Shown: positions 61,033 to 64,000 of the stretch, one piece after another
Position numbering within the stretch: the first letter of the stretch is position 1
Layout: each line of letters starts with the position of its first letter
Source of the DNA: Fistulifera solaris
Taxonomy: Eukaryota
Reading direction: 5' to 3'
Assembly (NCBI GenBank): GCA_030295235.1
Contig: AP026128.1
Coordinates: forward strand, 372,001 to 436,000
DNA length: 64,000 nt
The notes under the pieces: generated by a model
Told to the model about the DNA's origin: nothing
Database searches by the model: none
Seen by the model: only the letters and a program-made list of their open reading frames with translations
Translations under genes and position numbers: made by a program

Positions 61033-62103
61033 ATGTTGCATTCCTCAAGAAGCTCATCAATTTGTCTCCTCTCGTGTTTCGCTCTACTTTCATCACAACT
61101 GACATACGCCATGAGCGGGTCTTATACTACAGCATCGAGTGCACGTGCGGCGGGATTGTTTTACGAAACACCCCTCCTACGCTCGGTGCCTCTCTCGTCG
61201 TTGTGTGGACGCGATGTGTATCTCAAAATGGATGGATTACAAGCGTCCGGGAGCTTCAAAGATCGGGGAATGGCGCATCTGTGTCTCGAACTCAAAGCGA
61301 CGGGGGTGCAGCGTTTGGTGAGTAGTTCCGGAGGAAATGCGGGATTGGCGGTCGCGACGGTGTGTGCGCGCCTCGGCATCCCGGTGGATGTCATTGTGCC
61401 GCAGACGACCAAACCCATGGTCATTGCCAAATTGCAATCGTTGGGTGCGTCAGTGACAGTACATGGAGAAAACTGGAATGCCGCGGATGAATTTACACGG
61501 AAAAAAGTGGCCCAGAGTCCGGAAAAGACTGCTTACATTAGTCCATACGACAATCCGTTGTTGTGGACGGGGCATTCGACGTTAGTCGACGAAATTTGTG
61601 AACAGTTACATAATGTGCAACCTGCTGCTTTGATTGTTAGTGTGGGAGGAGGCGGCTTGCTTTGTGGTGCTTTGGAAGGCATTCAGAGACATGGTTGGAA
61701 ATCGACCACCGTCGTCGCGGCCGAAACCGAAGGAGCGGCCAGTTTTGGAAAAGCCTGGACGGAAGGCATCGAACGGCTTTCGTCGATTGACAGTATTGCC
61801 ACGTCGTTGGGTGCCTTACAAGTAACGCCCGTGGCGTTGCAGCGTTCCAAAGATCACGGATCGGTGACATCCATACAATGCACCGACGCCGAAGCAGTCG
61901 ACGCTTGCTGGAACATGGCACAAGATCACCGTATTCTGGTAGAACCAGCGTGTGGTGCGGCTCTGGCGACATTGTACTCGGAGCGACTGCGGAATTCATG
62001 GCTTGCCGGCCTAGCAGAAGGTCCCATTGTCGTCGAAGTGTGTGGGGGCAGTGGAGTCAACATTGACTTGTTGACTCAATTGAAGAAAGAATTCTTGCAA
62101 TAG
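61033..62103 (+). CDS. PLP-dependent L-serine dehydratase / threonine deaminase (SDS-like)
   Basis: ETPLLRS, YLKMDGLQASGSFKDRG, SSGGNAGLA, PYDNPLLWTGHSTLV, SVGGGGLL, SIATSLGA, LVEPACGAALA, VCGGS. Confidence 0.93.
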   Translation: MLHSSRSSSICLLSCFALLSSQLTYAMSGSYTTASSARAAGLFYETPLLRSVPLSSLCGRDVYLKMDGLQASGSFKDRGMAHLCLELKATGVQRLVSSSGGNAGLAVATVCARLGIPVDVIVPQTTKPMVIAKLQSLGASVTVHGENWNAADEFTRKKVAQSPEKTAYISPYDNPLLWTGHSTLVDEICEQLHNVQPAALIVSVGGGGLLCGALEGIQRHGWKSTTVVAAETEGAASFGKAWTEGIERLSSIDSIATSLGALQVTPVALQRSKDHGSVTSIQCTDAEAVDACWNMAQDHRILVEPACGAALATLYSERLRNSWLAGLAEGPIVVEVCGGSGVNIDLLTQLKKEFLQ

Positions 62104-62651
62104 TTTGTAAAAAGGTAATGCTACCCTAGAGACTTTAACTAAATTTGAGGCAAGTCATCCTGCCGGGATCAACATAGTTTGCAATTGTTGCACGTAAATA
62201 ATTACGAGGGTGGCGGAGCACCATGCTCGGGCAAGATAAAAAGGGCAGTGAATACGTTTGATTTCATCAAAATTATCCGCAGCGACAACGTCGATAATGG
62301 CAGGATTAAAGACTGTTCATTTATCGGTCAACAGGCGTCAAAGCAGGGTGTTTTTTTGTCCCAAGAATACTTTACCGTCACCATCCGCCATTTCCGGGAC
62401 TGAATTTTGGTTGAGTCGCCACGCTTAGAACCTACACTTTACACCATAGTTCATACGCACTCTAGACGGGAAAGTAAAGACAAGACCAGCACTCGGAACT
62501 CCAAACAAGACGAGAAGACGAGATGCGAGATTCATGACAACAATAACGAGAGGCATATCCGCATTGTCATTGTATTACTCGAAAGTCGATCAACTCGGAA
62601 TACTATCTTACTTTTAAGCTTCTTTTCATTATCCAAACTTTCATATTGCCT

Positions 62652-64000
62652 ATGACTGTCGCCCCAGAACAATCCCGTGTGGAGGAATCTTCCCCCAATG
62701 ATCAAGGACCCCGCGACGACGTCTCGCGCATGTCCGATGTCTCGACGACCAGTCGCGCTTCCGCCATTTCCCGTCTGTCACATGATATTGCATGTGTTCT
62801 GTCTCAGTCTTTGTGTATATTGAAAGGAGAAAGTCCGATCGTCGAAGAGAATGATGAGAGTGAAATCCCGCTGCAAGTCACGACTTCCTGCGGCGGTGTC
62901 GACGAAAGTCCCTTGACCGACGCGTTGAGTCCTCAGAGCGCTGAGGAGCCATTTCACAAACGCGACAACGGAACGAATGAAAATGCTGCAGAAGGAATCA
63001 ATTTTCTCAAAGATCTTCCGAACGAAATGACGTGGGGTCGACGTCTTGCTTTATTTTGTATGAAACGATATCCTTGGTATAATCCGCGTTTACGTCCGCA
63101 AAAAGAAGAACCGACTGATGAATCCCCACTTTTTGATAATCTTCCACGAGAAACCTTTCATGCGTATCCCTTTGATATCAGTCGGCGTGAGAATCCGAGC
63201 TTGGAGAAAGCGTGGGCGTACTTTGAACACGTGACGCTTTCACGGTACGTTGTTCCTCCCGAAGATCAAAACAAGACGAAGAAGAGTCTTTTGGTACGAA
63301 TCTTTCGACGGCTGTTTTGTAAAGGTGGACAACAGCTGCGACGAGCCGAGCCGGGGGAGAAAGACTTTCCCACTCGTTTGTACAAACCCATTTTTACGCC
63401 CCCATGCGCAGCTGGGAGACTTTGGTTTGGGCTTGGGAATGTACTTTTCGACGCTTCGAGCACTCACGGTGATGACACTCATCGCTGGACTACTGAATCT
63501 GCCCAATATCCTTTACTTTGTGAGTGATGACTACAATGTAGCAACGAACCAGAAGGAAAATGTCAATTCTTGGTTTGTCCAAGGATCAGCAATCTGTGTC
63601 GATACCACATGGGTACCTTGTACCGACTGCAACGGGACGCTCTCGGATTCTCGGGTCTTGCAAGCTACGAATGGGACCAAAGAAATTACTTTTGCGTTGA
63701 AAAACAACTGTGATGGTGCAATCGAACAAGTGGCTTTTATCAACTTGGCAACATTGGCTCTGATCTTCTTCGGAACGATCGGTCTCAATCTGTATCTGCG
63801 ACGGATGGAGATTATATACGATGAGGATGAACAGACAGCACAAGACTATTCTATTGTTGTTCAGAACCCTCCAGGCGATGCCACCAGTCCCGAAGAGTGG
63901 TTCAAGTTCTTTCACGAAAGTTTCGATGGGGCACACATGACTGCCTGCACGATCGCTGTGGATAACGACTTGTTGGTTCGATCGCTGGTGGAACGACGAG
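62652..64000 (+). CDS. CSC1/OSCA/TMC-like multi-pass membrane protein (5' part; runs off the window)
   Basis: After a frameshift in the C-run at ~63400 the frame reads QLGDFGLGLGMYFSTLRALTVMTLIAGLLNLPNILYF...DEDEQTAQDYSIVVQNPP...EEWFKFF. Family call is tentative. Confidence 0.6.

Overview
Eukaryotic, gene-dense nuclear DNA with short GT-AG introns, most likely from a pennate diatom. This is inferred from bipartite signal+AF/AW plastid-targeting peptides, DUF6824 and HA-domain genes, and RXL-motif secreted proteins. About 25 genes are supported: an ABCC transporter, a large Pro-rich secreted protein, an aralar/citrin-like mitochondrial carrier with an extra N-terminal cyclic-nucleotide-binding domain, three paralogous Cys-rich secreted proteins, a P-loop kinase, SMC3, a tandem-ApaG plastid protein, two DUF6824 genes, a YjjX-like NTPase, an HA-domain protein, a Sec63-like protein, TypA, seryl-tRNA synthetase, MON2-like, an LRR membrane protein, an MFS transporter, a 3-repeat MYB, an aminotransferase, a serine dehydratase and a CSC1/TMC-like protein. 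About 20 single-base frameshifts, nearly all in homopolymer runs and some in essential genes, look like sequencing errors; gene models were joined across them by eye. Non-coding highlights are a 468-bp TIR element with CATAG termini and a 7-bp TSD, a ~205-213-bp tandem repeat with a dispersed copy (upstream of SerRS and of serine dehydratase), and a palindromic ~51-bp satellite with higher-order structure. Best novelty candidates: the cluster of RXL-processed Cys/Pro-rich secreted proteins and the cNMP-domain mitochondrial carrier. All family assignments come from motif recognition, not database searches.
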